Shown here piece by piece: positions 10,150 to 20,372 of a stretch of DNA of 64,000 bases (position 1 is its first letter; the number at the start of each line of letters is the position of its first letter). The stretch lies in NCBI GenBank assembly GCA_000091205.1, contig AP006498.2. One strand, written 5' to 3'. This DNA is from Cyanidioschyzon merolae (taxonomy: Eukaryota). The notes beneath the pieces were generated by a model, which was not told where the DNA came from, made no database searches, and worked only from the letters and a program-made list of their open reading frames with translations. Position numbers and translations under genes: made by a program.

Positions 10150-10997
10150 GTCAACCGTTTCAAGCGACGCGATGCGACTCGTGGTATCGATGATTCCTTC
10201 ATCGACGTCGTCGAGCGCTGGCGCTATATTCGTGGTGGCGGCGGCAGTGGCGGCGGCGGCTATTCGTCAACTGCCGTACGGCGTTACCGCCTCACAGGCG
10301 TGCCTCTCGAAGCTTGGACACAGAGGTAGCGGTGGTGTAGCGTGTGCGTCCGGGGAAACGGAAACGCTGACGCTTTGTGAACGCTGCTGCGGGATCGCAG
10401 TGACTGGGAGGGAGCACACGCCTCCGAGTCAGAGCACGTGCACGGGGTTGGCTAGCATAGTGCTGTGGAAGGCTGCTCGAGGCTGACAGCAGTCACCTGG
10501 GTACGAGCTCGCTGAAGAGAGTCTGAGGCAAGGCGCTTGCGGGAGTGGTGCGCTCTTGGCACAGCGATTTCACAACTGGGAAGCGAGTGCGGTAACGTCG
10601 GTGCGCGTGTTGCTAGGGCGGGGTGATGGCTGATGAGGAGGTACGTGGACCTGCGTGCCTGTGCTCCTGCTGTTTGGCATTGTGAGTGGGCGTGAACGTC
10701 GTATTTCGAGTTGACGGCACCCGGAGGTTCGCTGGATCGAGTCAGTATTCGTTAGCGAAGCAGTGCTGCGGGGTGTTGGCGTGCGATCGTGTGCGTTGTA
10801 GCAATAGCGCCGTTGTGCTAGTGACTTGCCGCGTGCATGAACCAAGCGTCCCTTCCTTGGCGGAGTACTCGCATGGTGGCCTTGGAGCTCGGAAGCGTCC
10901 CCAGAAGCAATGAAGTCCATGCTCTAAAGACTGGCAGTGTGCGCGTCTCTGGTGGCTTTTGGACAGAAGCACCGAACCTGGTCTACGCGCGAGAGAA

Positions 10998-12250
10998 ATT
11001 AGAATGGAATACTGAACTGCATGCTCGATTCCTGCCTTGCGGATTCATTCCCGAACTTTTGTCATGTATACAGCTTCGATATCTGTAGTCCATGAAAGAG
11101 CTCTTTCGGATGCGAATGCGTCTTCGGACTCGCAATCGTCCATTTCGGAGTGACTCCATCGGCGCTGTGCTGCTCGAACTCAAAAAGTCACCGAAATCAA
11201 GACGATTCTCGACGCAGCAGAACGACGGTTCGTAAAATAACTGGTATCGTTATCCGACGCGCACGAACAAGCCTCCACTCTTGTCTGTTCCCTAGGTGTA
11301 GCATGCTCAGATCACGCAAGCTCCTAGTTTGCCGATCTTTCTGTTTTCAGGCAAATCGTAGAGACGGCAGTTGGCGCCGCAGGGATGGCGATCAGGAAAC
11401 TCAACGTTGTCACTTGACGGCTTGTTCACAAGATGGTGCCGAAAGCTCACTACACTTTTCATGTCTAATAATTGATTCCGTTCGAGCGACACATCCCGCT
11501 CTCTTCATGCCTATCGACGAGACTGAACTCGACAGCAGCCGCAGCAGCCGCAGCATGCTTCTGACGAGGTATGATCCCAGAGGCGTTCGTGTCTTCTGCT
11601 TCCATGGAAAAGCTTCTTGGACTCGGACGTCGATCATCGCAGCGACCGCTTCCATTTGCGAGCGGATCACCGGTTTGCACGAAGGGAGCGTAGACGGATC
11701 GAAATAGCTCGACTTGTCCCCGAGCCCGTATTTTCCTTCCGGTACTTGTTTCACCTTGGACAACACCGCGTTCCCCAAATCGTCTAAAGAATGGAGCAGC
11801 ATGCGCTTGTGCGTGCAAGGGACGGAGCACTCGCCGGCGTATTGTCCAGAACGGGCCCGTGATCGTTGGGTACGGCACCGGGTACGGAAACGGAGTAGCG
11901 CATGCTGGGCGATGCTTCTCCACTCGGAAAGGGCTTGTGCCAAGCGAGGCATTGTTCATTTATGCGCCAGGGGGCAGCGATCAGAGGAGGCATTGCGGGC
12001 GTATTGGAACACCTGGCCACAGCCAAGCGTCACCGCTGCGAATGGCGCACCCATTCTGTCTACGAAGACGGTGGAACTGGCAAGCGAAGCGCAGGTCGCA
12101 GCTTGAACCTGTTCGTCAAGTGCGCCAACAAGTACCGGAAGCGGGTGCATTGGGACGTCAAATCTGCCATCAACATCCTTCGGCAGCTGATAACGGAGCT
12201 GGAGCGACACGAGAGACCGGCATATTTCAAGCCGGATGCGCCATAGAGGA
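10998..12250 (+). mobile_element. Family-A TnpB/Fanzor-like element, copy A2 (degenerate), forming the outer end of the left palindrome arm
   Basis: It starts with the terminal motif 'ATTAGAATGGAATACTGAACTG'. The C-terminal peptide '...GKRSAGRSLNLFVKCANKYRKRVHWDVKSAINILRQLITELE' matches the TnpB zinc-finger plus RuvC-III pattern (FxCxxC..H.D.NAAINI). The reading frame is broken upstream, switching between frames 0, 1 and 2. Confidence 0.55.
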
Positions 12251-12637
12251 ACAAAGAGCAGTCGTAGATACCGCGGGCAAAGGCTGGTGTCGTAGGTGAG
12301 AACTGGATGAGACCCAGTATAATGATTACATATGCCCGAGTTTGTTAAGTGGAACGTTTCAATTTATTCTGAAATGGACGTAGGGCATCGATGTCCTTCA
12401 TCAAGCACCTTGTGCAGCACAGAAAATGAACCAGAATTGTTCGCTTGTGTGTCGAGGCGGCAAACTCCTCCGCACAATATCCCCGGCCGAAATGCTCTCA
12501 CACGGGCTCAGAGACATCTCTCTGGCATTGACATCCGATGCTCCAGGCTAGCTCGTACTAGGTGGCGCACTCTTCTAATACGAGACAGCAGACATGCACG
12601 TGTGTTGCACCGAGCGACAACGCGCCGGCGACGTCCT

Positions 12638-14014
12638 TCAGTAGCCCAGGTACCTCACTGGGGGTTTCTTCTTCCGACGTGTGCCGTCTGCGAAGCCGTC
12701 CCGACGATCATCGGTTTCATCGCTATCACCGCGTAGGTCGTGCACAAACCCCCGGAGGCTGGCCATCACTTTGTGGGCTTGGCGTCGCAGTTCAGCAGCG
12801 CGAAGCTGCTCGAATGCATCGTAGGTTCGCGAGCCGCTCGTTCCGACATCCCGCGGTCTACGCCGCAAGTGCTGAAACTTTTGCCATCCAGGAACCGCCT
12901 CATACCGGTGATCGCGCATAATTGGAAAGCAGTTGAAACCCTCCTCGCCGGGAAGTGGCTCCTCCGCAATAGACTCAATGGTGGGCAGTTTGATGCAGTG
13001 GTCATCCACCATCGTGGCAAAATCTACGCGTTGACTCGACAAATAATCGTCAAAGTCCAGGCTGTCAGGCGCAATGCGAAATACATTGGCAAGCTCGTCT
13101 GCGACATGCAGCCAGCCAATGTAGATGAGAAAAACAGAAAGCACGTAAATAATGTCCAGCCAGCGATAGTTTCCAATATCGATGCTGCTGGACGTTGCGC
13201 TCAATAAATTCAGATTTCCCGCGAGCAGTATGACACAAATCACGTAGATGCGCACTGTTGCGTTCACGAGCTGGCGGTACATCAGCGGAACTGGAACCCA
13301 CATGGGCACATATAAATAACCGAAATATCCGCGCACGAGCGCAAGCTGCTGCACAAGCTGAAGATGAACGAATTCCGTGATGCCGTAGCGGTGGTTCTGA
13401 TCACGCAGGCGAGAAAGCAAGTGCCCAGCCCACATGACTGGCATCGTCCACTGGGCTCTGTCTACATCATTCTCCAGCCGGTATCGCTCCTCAGGTGTGA
13501 TCAAGCCAATACGTTCCATGGCCTCAGTGGTGCGGTACGCATGATCACCGCCAAGAAAAACATCGCGAAGCACCATAGCGAACGGAATGCAGATCCACCG
13601 GACAATGAGTTGCTTCAACCGTGCAGCGCCGATAGGGTCGTTATCATCATACACGAAGGACGTCATCTCGAGAGCAATATTGTAGGCAGCGATTTGGCCA
13701 GTGCCACACATGACAACACGAACACTCCACCAACGGGAATAGATTGTGCTAGTATAAAACCCCAGCATAAAGGTAAGAATTGGCGAAAGGACACTGACAA
13801 GTGCTGCGAGAGTATTCAGGAAGGGTATCGGCCATTCTGCAACGTAGAGCTTGAGCGCTATCACGAGCACTGCGGCACCGATCCAGGAAAGAAGTTCAAA
13901 GAGCAACCGCTGGACCAATGAGCCGTACCAATGAAAGAAGACTCTAGTCCATGAAAGGGGAAATACATAGTCTTTCCCGAACGTGGCTATGGGATCCTTG
14001 TAGTAGATTGTCAT
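12638..14014 (-). CDS. Bestrophin-family (RFP-TM) anion channel, copy 1 (identical to copy 2)
   Basis: 'ILTFMLGFYTSTIYSRWW', 'PVPLMYRQLV' and 'YIGWLHVADELANVFRIAPDSLDFD' align with the bestrophin TM2 (VLGFYV..RWW) and C-terminal ([23 protein letters not shown]) signatures. It is predicted to have several TM helices. Confidence 0.85.
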   Translation of the reverse strand: MTIYYKDPIATFGKDYVFPLSWTRVFFHWYGSLVQRLLFELLSWIGAAVLVIALKLYVAEWPIPFLNTLAALVSVLSPILTFMLGFYTSTIYSRWWSVRVVMCGTGQIAAYNIALEMTSFVYDDNDPIGAARLKQLIVRWICIPFAMVLRDVFLGGDHAYRTTEAMERIGLITPEERYRLENDVDRAQWTMPVMWAGHLLSRLRDQNHRYGITEFVHLQLVQQLALVRGYFGYLYVPMWVPVPLMYRQLVNATVRIYVICVILLAGNLNLLSATSSSIDIGNYRWLDIIYVLSVFLIYIGWLHVADELANVFRIAPDSLDFDDYLSSQRVDFATMVDDHCIKLPTIESIAEEPLPGEEGFNCFPIMRDHRYEAVPGWQKFQHLRRRPRDVGTSGSRTYDAFEQLRAAELRRQAHKVMASLRGFVHDLRGDSDETDDRRDGFADGTRRKKKPPVRYLGY

Positions 14015-14476
14015 CTCTGGGAAACAAACGTGCCGCGTACCAGGTAAAGGCGTCGCTGGCCTGTGGAAACCTCTTCGGGCTCTTCAAATACGCACAAACA
14101 CCGCTTGGGTGCTTGCGCAACTCTGATTTGTGCTTTGGTCGTCGAACGGGGACTCGCTCGCTCTTGAACAGCAGCCGCACTCGAGCCGTGTGCACGTTTC
14201 CAACCTACGAAAACGCGAACTCCCGCTTCCAGCAGGTATCCTGATCTTGTTGCCTCTACGGTCAGGACGCGCAGTAAGCCTGGTTCACGTACGTACCGAC
14301 TATTTACCGGTGATAGTCGTCCGATCGCAGTGAGACCTACGGCGTCCCGTGTGTTTCGCAATCTGTCTGCAATAGCCGTTAGACAACCTGTTTATGGTTG
14401 CTTTGTGGCTCTGTGGCAAACACACACGCCGACACCGAACACTTTCCAAAAGTCGAACGACGCCAGCGCTGTACAG

Positions 14477-15033
14477 TACTGGCGAGAAGCCCGCCCTAGA
14501 CAAGAAGTCTCCAGCTGACGTACGGACGCCTCCCAGTCTTCATGGACCGGGCACCTACTACTGCTTCCAATTGTTTCTCATATAGTTCCACTTTGGGAGG
14601 TTGCCCCCACAAAATTCTCTCTTGTCAGCGCTGGAGGTCTGCTTTCCAGCACCGCACATCTCCTGATATTGATGGCGGCATTAAAGTCTCGGTTCACAAA
14701 CTCCATACGTTTCTTGCCATCACTGGTTGTACTCACTAGTGCGAGTAGCCCTCGAACTTTCGCCCTTGTTTCCATTTGCTCCTCCGTCAGCGGTCCGTAC
14801 TTTTCTATGTCTTCAGGGCTCCGCTGGCACTTTTCCATCCCGACCCTCTTAAGTACGCACCCCAGTTCATGGTGTGTATAGGACGTTCGGAACCCATCTA
14901 TCGGTATCGTAACAAAACGCTGTGCGCACTCCCTGTATGTTCTTGTCGACGGAGCTGGTACACATTCTTTTTGGGTCTTCCATCGCCCTGCTCCGTATGC
15001 CACTACGAGCCTCTGACGCTCGTCCTCCTTCAT
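14477..15033 (-). pseudogene. Partial inverted copy of the 3' half of the central TnpB/Fanzor-like gene, including its conserved 3' tail
   Basis: The 181-aa ORF 14578..15123(-) shares '...KEDERQRLVVAYGAGRWK...EFVNRDFNAAINIRRCAVLESRP...SQSGTI' exactly with the 233-aa ORF at 15272..15973(+). The copy stops at the arm boundary. Confidence 0.7.
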
Positions 15034-15099
15034 AATCCATTTCCGTCTTCGATATTGTACGTGACGAAGCATGAAGATGAGAAGGAGGCGGGTCCTGCG

Positions 15100-16080
15100 A
15101 CGCAGAAAGTGCATGAGAACCACTTTGTCGTTGGCGCGGGCCCTGGGAACACGAATATCATGACCATCACAACACGCCGTTGTGGGGATGATGGCGTCGA
15201 CGGCAACTTACGTCAAAAAACACACGCGTGTTTTAAAGCGCTAAAGAACGAGATATTACCGAGAGTTCGGTGTGATGAATGCAAAGAAGAAAAGTGGAAC
15301 GTGGAGTGCTGGAGTGAAAAAGCACCTGGAAGCGATCAGCCAGGTGACGAGCCGAGAAGCGGACTTTAAAGCTTTTCGGAAATTCATGGAAGTTCGTGTT
15401 GCTCACTGGGATGCGCTGTGGGAGGGGCATACAAAGCCCCGGTGGGCTCGTCTGCGAATGAATCTATACTGTGGCAAGCAGCGCGCATTCGCGAACTTTT
15501 TCAACCAGCTGAGCGCCGTGAAGGAGGACGAGCGTCAGAGGCTCGTAGTGGCATACGGAGCAGGGCGATGGAAGACCCAAAAAGAATGTGTACCAGCTCC
15601 GTCGACAAGAACATACAGGGAGTGCGCACAGCGTTTTGTTACGATACCGATAGATGGGTTCCGAACGTCCTATACACACCATGAACTGGGGTGCGTACTT
15701 AAGAGGGTCGGGATGGAAAAGTGCCAGCGGAGCCCTGAAGACATAGAAAAGTACGGACCGCTGACGGAGGAGCAAATGGAAACAAGGGCGAAAGTTCGAG
15801 GGCTACTCGCACTAGTGAGTACAACCAGTGATGGCAAGAAACGTATGGAGTTTGTGAACCGAGACTTTAATGCCGCCATCAATATCAGGAGATGTGCGGT
15901 GCTGGAAAGCAGACCTCCAGCGCTGACAAGAGAGAATTTTGTGGGGGCAACCTCCCAAAGTGGAACTATATGAGAAACAATTGGAAGCAGTAGTAGGTGC
16001 CCGGTCCATGAAGACTGGGAGGCGTCCGTACGTCAGCTGGAGACTTCTTGTCTAGGGCGGGCTTCTCGCCAGTACTGTAC
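15100..16080 (+). pseudogene. TnpB/Fanzor-like RuvC nuclease pseudogene (family B, long copy) at the palindrome centre: RuvC-I-like block, bridge, RuvC-II-like, degenerate zinc finger, RuvC-III, plus a conserved 3' non-coding tail
   Basis: In the frame of ORF 14776..15369 the sequence 'HFVVGAGPGNTNIMTIT' corresponds to TnpB RuvC-I 'aGvDvGikdfaivT' with Asp replaced by Gly. After a frameshift, the 15272 frame reads 'KKKSG..SREADFKAFRKF' (compare TnpB 'RRKKGS...NKRQDFLHKL'). 'VAHWDALWEGH' sits at the RuvC-II position with E replaced by D. 'IPIDGFRTSYTHHELGC' is a degenerate 'TSxxCxxCG' motif. 'EFVNRDFNAAINIRR' is an intact RuvC-III. Confidence 0.6.
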
Positions 16081-16536
16081 AGCGCTGGCGTCGTTCGACT
16101 TTTGGAAAGTGTTCGGTGTCGGCGTGTGTGTTTGCCACAGAGCCACAAAGCAACCATAAACAGGTTGTCTAACGGCTATTGCAGACAGATTGCGAAACAC
16201 ACGGGACGCCGTAGGTCTCACTGCGATCGGACGACTATCACCGGTAAATAGTCGGTACGTACGTGAACCAGGCTTACTGCGCGTCCTGACCGTAGAGGCA
16301 ACAAGATCAGGATACCTGCTGGAAGCGGGAGTTCGCGTTTTCGTAGGTTGGAAACGTGCACACGGCTCGAGTGCGGCTGCTGTTCAAGAGCGAGCGAGTC
16401 CCCGTTCGACGACCAAAGCACAAATCAGAGTTGCGCAAGCACCCAAGCGGTGTTTGTGCGTATTTGAAGAGCCCGAAGAGGTTTCCACAGGCCAGCGACG
16501 CCTTTACCTGGTACGCGGCACGTTTGTTTCCCAGAG

Positions 16537-17913
16537 ATGACAATCTACTACAAGGATCCCATAGCCACGTTCGGGAAAGACTATGTATTTCCCCTTTCAT
16601 GGACTAGAGTCTTCTTTCATTGGTACGGCTCATTGGTCCAGCGGTTGCTCTTTGAACTTCTTTCCTGGATCGGTGCCGCAGTGCTCGTGATAGCGCTCAA
16701 GCTCTACGTTGCAGAATGGCCGATACCCTTCCTGAATACTCTCGCAGCACTTGTCAGTGTCCTTTCGCCAATTCTTACCTTTATGCTGGGGTTTTATACT
16801 AGCACAATCTATTCCCGTTGGTGGAGTGTTCGTGTTGTCATGTGTGGCACTGGCCAAATCGCTGCCTACAATATTGCTCTCGAGATGACGTCCTTCGTGT
16901 ATGATGATAACGACCCTATCGGCGCTGCACGGTTGAAGCAACTCATTGTCCGGTGGATCTGCATTCCGTTCGCTATGGTGCTTCGCGATGTTTTTCTTGG
17001 CGGTGATCATGCGTACCGCACCACTGAGGCCATGGAACGTATTGGCTTGATCACACCTGAGGAGCGATACCGGCTGGAGAATGATGTAGACAGAGCCCAG
17101 TGGACGATGCCAGTCATGTGGGCTGGGCACTTGCTTTCTCGCCTGCGTGATCAGAACCACCGCTACGGCATCACGGAATTCGTTCATCTTCAGCTTGTGC
17201 AGCAGCTTGCGCTCGTGCGCGGATATTTCGGTTATTTATATGTGCCCATGTGGGTTCCAGTTCCGCTGATGTACCGCCAGCTCGTGAACGCAACAGTGCG
17301 CATCTACGTGATTTGTGTCATACTGCTCGCGGGAAATCTGAATTTATTGAGCGCAACGTCCAGCAGCATCGATATTGGAAACTATCGCTGGCTGGACATT
17401 ATTTACGTGCTTTCTGTTTTTCTCATCTACATTGGCTGGCTGCATGTCGCAGACGAGCTTGCCAATGTATTTCGCATTGCGCCTGACAGCCTGGACTTTG
17501 ACGATTATTTGTCGAGTCAACGCGTAGATTTTGCCACGATGGTGGATGACCACTGCATCAAACTGCCCACCATTGAGTCTATTGCGGAGGAGCCACTTCC
17601 CGGCGAGGAGGGTTTCAACTGCTTTCCAATTATGCGCGATCACCGGTATGAGGCGGTTCCTGGATGGCAAAAGTTTCAGCACTTGCGGCGTAGACCGCGG
17701 GATGTCGGAACGAGCGGCTCGCGAACCTACGATGCATTCGAGCAGCTTCGCGCTGCTGAACTGCGACGCCAAGCCCACAAAGTGATGGCCAGCCTCCGGG
17801 GGTTTGTGCACGACCTACGCGGTGATAGCGATGAAACCGATGATCGTCGGGACGGCTTCGCAGACGGCACACGTCGGAAGAAGAAACCCCCAGTGAGGTA
17901 CCTGGGCTACTGA
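16537..17913 (+). CDS. Bestrophin-family anion channel, copy 2 (identical to copy 1)
   Basis: 458 aa, 100% identical to 12638..14014(-), with the same bestrophin motifs. Confidence 0.85.
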   Translation: MTIYYKDPIATFGKDYVFPLSWTRVFFHWYGSLVQRLLFELLSWIGAAVLVIALKLYVAEWPIPFLNTLAALVSVLSPILTFMLGFYTSTIYSRWWSVRVVMCGTGQIAAYNIALEMTSFVYDDNDPIGAARLKQLIVRWICIPFAMVLRDVFLGGDHAYRTTEAMERIGLITPEERYRLENDVDRAQWTMPVMWAGHLLSRLRDQNHRYGITEFVHLQLVQQLALVRGYFGYLYVPMWVPVPLMYRQLVNATVRIYVICVILLAGNLNLLSATSSSIDIGNYRWLDIIYVLSVFLIYIGWLHVADELANVFRIAPDSLDFDDYLSSQRVDFATMVDDHCIKLPTIESIAEEPLPGEEGFNCFPIMRDHRYEAVPGWQKFQHLRRRPRDVGTSGSRTYDAFEQLRAAELRRQAHKVMASLRGFVHDLRGDSDETDDRRDGFADGTRRKKKPPVRYLGY

Positions 17914-18306
17914 AGGACGTCGCCGGCGCGTTGTCGCTCGGTGCAACACACGTGCATGTCTGCTGTCTCGTATTAGAAGAGTGCGCCACCTAGTACGAGC
18001 TAGCCTGGAGCATCGGATGTCAATGCCAGAGAGATGTCTCTGAGCCCGTGTGAGAGCATTTCGGCCGGGGATATTGTGCGGAGGAGTTTGCCGCCTCGAC
18101 ACACAAGCGAACAATTCTGGTTCATTTTCTGTGCTGCACAAGGTGCTTGATGAAGGACATCGATGCCCTACGTCCATTTCAGAATAAATTGAAACGTTCC
18201 ACTTAACAAACTCGGGCATATGTAATCATTATACTGGGTCTCATCCAGTTCTCACCTACGACACCAGCCTTTGCCCGCGGTATCTACGACTGCTCTTTGT
18301 TCCTCT

Positions 18307-19559
18307 ATGGCGCATCCGGCTTGAAATATGCCGGTCTCTCGTGTCGCTCCAGCTCCGTTATCAGCTGCCGAAGGATGTTGATGGCAGATTTGACGTCCCA
18401 ATGCACCCGCTTCCGGTACTTGTTGGCGCACTTGACGAACAGGTTCAAGCTGCGACCTGCGCTTCGCTTGCCAGTTCCACCGTCTTCGTAGACAGAATGG
18501 GTGCGCCATTCGCAGCGGTGACGCTTGGCTGTGGCCAGGTGTTCCAATACGCCCGCAATGCCTCCTCTGATCGCTGCCCCCTGGCGCATAAATGAACAAT
18601 GCCTCGCTTGGCACAAGCCCTTTCCGAGTGGAGAAGCATCGCCCAGCATGCGCTACTCCGTTTCCGTACCCGGTGCCGTACCCAACGATCACGGGCCCGT
18701 TCTGGACAATACGCCGGCGAGTGCTCCGTCCCTTGCACGCACAAGCGCATGCTGCTCCATTCTTTAGACGATTTGGGGAACGCGGTGTTGTCCAAGGTGA
18801 AACAAGTACCGGAAGGAAAATACGGGCTCGGGGACAAGTCGAGCTATTTCGATCCGTCTACGCTCCCTTCGTGCAAACCGGTGATCCGCTCGCAAATGGA
18901 AGCGGTCGCTGCGATGATCGACGTCCGAGTCCAAGAAGCTTTTCCATGGAAGCAGAAGACACGAACGCCTCTGGGATCATACCTCGTCAGAAGCATGCTG
19001 CTGCTGCGGCTGCTGCGGCTGCTGTCGAGTTCAGTCTCGTCGATAGGCATGAAGAGAGCGGGATGTGTCGCTCGAACGGAATCAATTATTAGACATGAAA
19101 AGTGTAGTGAGCTTTCGGCACCATCTTGTGAACAAGCCGTCAAGTGACAACGTTGAGTTTCCTGATCGCCATCCCTGCGGCGCCAACTGCCGTCTCTACG
19201 ATTTGCCTGAAAACAGAAAGATCGGCAAACTAGGAGCTTGCGTGATCTGAGCATGCTACACCTAGGGAACAGACAAGAGTGGAGGCTTGTTCGTGCGCGT
19301 CGGATAACGATACCAGTTATTTTACGAACCGTCGTTCTGCTGCGTCGAGAATCGTCTTGATTTCGGTGACTTTTTGAGTTCGAGCAGCACAGCGCCGATG
19401 GAGTCACTCCGAAATGGACGATTGCGAGTCCGAAGACGCATTCGCATCCGAAAGAGCTCTTTCATGGACTACAGATATCGAAGCTGTATACATGACAAAA
19501 GTTCGGGAATGAATCCGCAAGGCAGGAATCGAGCATGCAGTTCAGTATTCCATTCTAAT
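18307..19559 (-). mobile_element. Family-A TnpB/Fanzor-like element, copy A2' (mirror of A2) at the outer end of the right arm
   Basis: Reverse-complement duplicate of 10998-12250. ORF 18305..18649(-) encodes the same '...FVKCANKYRKRVHWDVKSAINILRQL' peptide. Confidence 0.55.
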
Positions 19560-20372
19560 CTGATAGCCCCGTCGGCGACGAGGATCTCAGAGTCGGATTG
19601 CACCTGCACTGATTCCGGGGATCTTGGTGTGCATGATGGAAATCTTTGGAAAATGTTCTGCGAATGATGGAACACGGGAAGTGTTGGACGCTTCCACCGT
19701 GCGCCCAGCTCTTTCTGATGCCTCCGAAAATGGAATTTTCGGAGCGCTCTCGGACACTAGTCTTGTGTGCGGTGCTTTGCACTCGATGGACGCAAAGAGT
19801 ACCGAAGCGAATCCTCACGAAGTTACGGATTCGCGCTCATTCAAGCAATCCCGGAGACATACCATAGAGTTGACATCGACGTTGCGCTGCCTCGGACCTT
19901 ACCAGGGATTGGTCACAGCACAAACGTCGGCGTCGCTCATGCTGCAGCGCCGGCGCTCTAGGCTCACTGTGGGCCCCCCTATCAAGCACTTGGCCCCGGA
20001 GGATTGCACGAAGCGACGGTTATCTCCAAAGAAAAGCGCGCGTGGTTGTTGTTGGGGCTTGAAGATCTGTTGCCGCGGAATGGACGCTCTCTCTGATGCC
20101 GTCAACCCTCGCGCAGTCAAGGATTCCTTCGAGTGTGTAAACGAATCTACACACCCCTGTGGGAAATCGCTCGTGCGAGAGAAGATGTACTTTTAGGGAC
20201 AATAATGTATGTCTTGTACGTCCGTGCGCGTGGCCTCGACAGCAGCGCAGCACCTGCACCTTGCAGTCGTTTCGAGCGCGCAGCCAGTGCTTGTTGTAAA
20301 CGACCTAGTCTAGGGTTGCTGGGGCGGTCCTCGCGTCAGGCTGTCCGCCCGACACACCTTGCAATAGGCACC

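Larger units (their letters stand above)
10998..15033. repeat. Left arm of ~4.0-kb inverted duplication (palindrome)
   Basis: Every ORF in 10998-15033 has a near-identical reverse-strand twin in 15521-19559, for example the 458-aa ORFs 12638..14014(-) and 16537..17913(+) are identical. Only small indels separate the arms (a GCC/Ala tract, an SSRSS tract). Outward divergence begins at 10998 on the left and 19559 on the right. Confidence 0.92.
15521..19559. repeat. Right arm of the inverted duplication
   Basis: Mirror image of 10998-15033 (see left arm). The unique centre is ~15034-15520. Confidence 0.92.

Noticed and set aside
11150-11707. 185-aa ORF inside family-A element A2 (and its 187-aa mirror twin 18844..19407) as a distinct gene
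   Set aside because: It has no recognisable motifs. It lies in the frameshifted N-terminal region of the degenerate TnpB-like element, so it is more likely a decayed frame than an independent gene.
13364-13921. Antisense ORFs (up to 185 aa) inside the bestrophin genes, and the many mirrored ORF pairs within the palindrome (e.g. 14011..14361 / 16190..16540)
   Set aside because: They overlap strongly supported CDSs on the opposite strand or are simple duplicates created by the inverted repeat. No domain support.
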